From Bacillota bacterium (GTDB lineage: Bacteria; Bacillota; Clostridia; Lachnospirales; Lachnospiraceae), in contig JAFADH010000332.1 of the NCBI GenBank assembly GCA_023424995.1, positions 17,237 through 81,236 on the forward strand: a stretch of DNA of 64,000 nucleotides. Reading direction: 5' to 3'. How positions within the stretch are numbered: the first letter of the stretch is position 1; every line of letters starts with the position of its first letter. A model generated the notes under the pieces. The model saw only the letters and a program-made list of their open reading frames with translations, made no database searches and was not told the DNA's origin. A program made the position numbers and the translations under genes. This document shows positions 63,269-64,000 of this stretch, piece by piece.

Positions 63269-63717
63269 CGGAAATCCTCCTCTCTTAATTGCTTTTTCAG
63301 GTCGGCTAAGCCTTTCTTAAGCTTGCGGTAAACCGTAAACCGGGACAAGCCTGTGATACCGCAGATCTCGCCGATGGACAGATCGTTAACATACCGCAGC
63401 AATATTAATTCCTGCATATCTTCCGGCAGCTGATTTATAGTCTGTTTCAATACGTGTGATGTAAGCACCGCATCCTCCCGGTCTTCCGCAACGGACATCT
63501 CATCCAGGGGTTCTGAAGTGCGGCTTGCATAGTAGTCGTTACAGAGATTTCTTGCAATGGTATAAAGATATGCCAGCAGCTTTCCCCGGTTCAGATAGGA
63601 GGTCTGCCTGAAATACCGGAGGAAGGTTTCCTGTGTAAGATCTTCGGCTGCCTGCTGATGATATGTTTTATGATAGCAATAGCGGTATATTTTGTCATAA
63701 AGGTCCTCCAGGTCCAT
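63265..63717 (-). CDS. ECF-type sigma-70 family RNA polymerase sigma factor
   Basis: 150 aa. Region 2 reads AEDLTQETFLRYF...YLYTIARNLCNDYY. The region 4 HTH reads LSIGEICGITGLSRFTVYRKLKKGL. SD is GAGAGGAGG. Confidence 0.85.
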   Translation of the reverse strand: MDLEDLYDKIYRYCYHKTYHQQAAEDLTQETFLRYFRQTSYLNRGKLLAYLYTIARNLCNDYYASRTSEPLDEMSVAEDREDAVLTSHVLKQTINQLPEDMQELILLRYVNDLSIGEICGITGLSRFTVYRKLKKGLADLKKQLREEDFR

Positions 63718-64000
63718 GGACGTATTAACCTCCTCTCAAACTGATTAACGATTTTATATTAATAAATGTGCGGAGTATTTTAATTTTTTTAATGGATATG
63801 AGACGGAAACCATGCTGTTTAAGTAATTTTACTACAGAGCGGAGGGATCAGTCACATCATTTTGCAGTAAAACTGAGAATAAGAAATATTTGTGAATTCT
63901 TGTTTTTTGCTTTCTTTTTCAGTTAAAATATGATATAACGAAATATAGCACTTTAATTATTATTACGGCCAATGCCGTTTTGTAAGAGGAAAGGATATTG

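Noticed and set aside
1-64000. Mobile elements, prophage, defence systems (RM, TA, CBASS, Abi etc.), tRNA or rRNA genes
   Set aside because: I recognised no transposase, integrase, recombinase, phage structural, restriction or toxin-antitoxin signatures in any frame. I found no tRNA-like T-arm (GGTTCGAATCC type) in the intergenic regions. The only hints of horizontal acquisition are compositional: the ATPase at 1500-3023, the MerR islet, the BlaI/BlaR1 block and the sigma/ABC module.

Overview
The window looks like chromosomal core DNA from a spore-forming Firmicute of the Clostridia, probably Lachnospiraceae-like. Supporting signs are spoIIR, veg, a SPOCS/LysM protein, T-box leaders, GGAGG-type Shine-Dalgarno sites and consensus SigA promoters. 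I support about 60 protein genes, most of them housekeeping:
- panC (3' end), coaB and coaC
- a MutS2-like protein
- a polar amino-acid ABC operon and a split ThrE-type exporter
- a MerR/TipAS regulator and clpB
- an AraC-controlled Gfo/Idh/MocA-ThuA sugar cluster
- veg, ispE and spoIIR
- a Vga/Lsa-like ABC-F protein
- CapA, PlsC, a VanY-type peptidase and pncB
- a BlaI/BlaR1-like module
- a T-box-controlled ileS
- pdxR-pdxST and a livJHMGF-type operon
- a class IV aminotransferase followed by a DUF4392-pxpB-pxpC-DUF1445-pxpA cluster
- darA
- an ECF sigma / membrane protein / ABC-2 exporter module

I found no rRNA or tRNA genes, CRISPR arrays, transposases, integrases or recognisable phage or defence genes.

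The items most worth a second look are:
1. A BlaI/BlaR1-like module with a non-canonical double-dyad operator. Its extracellular sensor domain is not PBP-like and recurs in the secreted protein encoded next door.
2. A Trp-specifier T-box leader with terminator and SD but no downstream gene. It abuts the AT-richer sigma/ABC module.
3. A gene cluster joining both halves of a D-glutamate-cyclase-like enzyme to 5-oxoprolinase and a D-amino-acid-type aminotransferase.
4. A His/Gly/Asp/Cys-rich insertion of about 60 aa in IleS.
5. Several promoter-plus-terminator structured RNA elements and intergenic tandem repeats with no assigned function.

All calls come from reading the sequence and the ORF translations. 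No database search was run.
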